Below are positions 40,714 through 41,469 of a DNA stretch of 41,469 nt, in pieces (the stretch's first letter is position 1; each line of letters begins with the position of its first letter). The notes under the pieces are model-generated. The model was not told the origin of the DNA, searched no databases, and saw nothing but the letters and a program-made list of their open reading frames with translations. The position numbers were made by a program, and so were the translations under genes. This DNA is from Candidatus Falkowbacteria bacterium (GTDB lineage: Bacteria > Patescibacteriota > Patescibacteriia > Patescibacteriales > VMTK01): NCBI GenBank assembly GCA_043802685.1, contig JAZDKT010000078.1, forward strand, positions 1 through 41,469, in the 5' to 3' direction.

Positions 40714-40830
40714 ATTTCGCGCAACTTTTAATTTATTTTTATAAAGTTATCCACAGCCTTTCCATAATACAAAATTTAATGATTAGAAATAAAATATTAA
40801 TTTTTTTCCAAATACTTAAATTAAAACATT

Positions 40831-41199
40831 ATGGCTAAAAAAATTATCTCATTTGAAACCAAAAAACTTGGGGAGTATCTTCGGCGCCTTCGCCAAGAAC
40901 AGGACTTAAGCATTAGACAAGTTGCCAAGGAATGCAAGATGTCTCCCAGTAATCTTGCTAAAATAGAAACTGGCAATACCTTTAGAACCGTTGGCATTGA
41001 AACGATTGTTAAACTTTCAAAATTCTACGGCATTCCGGTATCAGGAATATTGGAGCAAGCAAACTTTATTGAGAATCATAAAGATGATCTGCCGGAACTC
41101 GCCCAATATCTGCGCGCCAAATACCAGCTTTCTCCTCAAGCCATTCGCGATATGGAAATGGCCAAAGAAATTGTTGACAAAAAATATCCCAAGAGATAA
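40831..41199 (+). CDS. XRE-family helix-turn-helix transcriptional regulator
   Basis: LGEYLRRLRQEQDLSIRQVAKECKMSPSNLAKIETGN is the HTH_3 (Cro/C1) signature. The gene is divergent from the gvp locus. Confidence 0.75.
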   Translation: MAKKIISFETKKLGEYLRRLRQEQDLSIRQVAKECKMSPSNLAKIETGNTFRTVGIETIVKLSKFYGIPVSGILEQANFIENHKDDLPELAQYLRAKYQLSPQAIRDMEMAKEIVDKKYPKR

Positions 41200-41217
41200 A
41201 ATGAAAAAGTTATAATG

Positions 41218-41309
41218 CCCTATATGATACCCTACCCTTTCTGTTGGGGAAACGGTGTGGAAATTTTGGCACCCAGCCGTTACCTCAATAAGTAGGGTAT
41301 CATATAGGG
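41218..41309. repeat. element with perfect 18-bp terminal inverted repeats around a 56-nt core (structured 3'-UTR RNA or MITE-like element)
   Basis: CCCTATATGATACCCTAC (41218-41235) faces GTAGGGTATCATATAGGG (41292-41309). There is inner AACGG...CCGTT pairing. Confidence 0.85.
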
Positions 41310-41330
41310 TGTTATATTATAAATAAAAAA

Positions 41331-41357
41331 AATCCCACTATAAAAGTGGGGATTTTA
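41331..41357 (+). terminator. intrinsic terminator-like hairpin after the XRE gene
   Basis: AAAAAAAATCCCAC-tataaaa-GTGGGGATTTT. Confidence 0.5.
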
Positions 41358-41402
41358 AATTCCTCCTTTAAAATTTGAATTGTTAGTTTATTCGGCGGCG
41401 GC

Positions 41403-41418
41403 GGGGGGGGGGGGGGGG
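41403..41418. repeat. G16 homopolymer preceded by (GGC)3
   Basis: ttcggcggcggc-GGGGGGGGGGGGGGGG-tggattt, about 50 nt from the window end. Confidence 0.9.
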
Positions 41419-41469
41419 TGGATTTATTTATTGCCAGTTAACAATTTTAAAAAATAAATTGAGATTTAA

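Noticed and set aside
1-41469. Alternative genetic code (UGA recoding, as in some CPR lineages).
   Set aside because: RF2 is present. TGA terminates conserved genes at the expected positions (for example the gvpF/L frames and 9206..9424). No conserved ORF needs read-through of TGA.

Overview
This is an AT-rich bacterial window. RF2, LexA and TGA-terminated conserved genes indicate standard code 11. Gene content and style suggest a CPR/Patescibacteria-like genome, but that assignment is inference only. The window has three parts.

(1) 1-6.5 kb is an accessory stretch. It holds a truncated lexA, GIY-YIG-like, DUF1508/YegP-like and HEPN-like ORFs, several membrane or secreted hypotheticals, and a GC-rich island of terminator hairpins and repeat boxes.

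(2) 6.5-23.5 kb is housekeeping: prfB, a four-subunit 2-oxoacid:ferredoxin oxidoreductase (porG-D-A ... porB), a DsbA-like protein, an AdoMetDC-like protein, a LigD-type phosphoesterase, a CNNM/CBS transporter, leuS, rtcB and an MFS transporter. Almost every intergenic spacer here is built from 7-8 nt 'word' arrays arranged as inverted halves. Related palindromic or tandem elements sit in frame inside porA, porB, porG and leuS. A block of about 2.3 kb (a T4SS-pilin-like gene plus two toxin-antitoxin-like pairs) splits porA from porB. leuS carries an embedded YdeN/RBBP9-like serine-hydrolase domain.

(3) 23.9-40.1 kb is one all-minus-strand gas-vesicle (gvp) locus. The canonical genes are gvpA, gvpN, three gvpF/L genes, gvpG, gvpO, a GvpJ/M-like gene, and an apparent GvpJ-GvpK fusion. 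Non-canonical partners are a Cdc48/VAT-like double AAA+ ATPase, a tandem ArsA/Get3-like ATPase, an actin-fold ATPase, Hsp20, a GvpL-J-domain fusion, a DnaJ-type zinc-finger protein, paralogous coiled-coil proteins, paralogous small wHTH proteins and a bactofilin. One gvpF/L gene is broken by a +1 frameshift at an A10 tract. Poly-G tracts flank a divergent XRE regulator.

The expanded gvp locus is the main candidate for a new system. All coordinates and motifs were read by eye from the sequence, and no database search was run.
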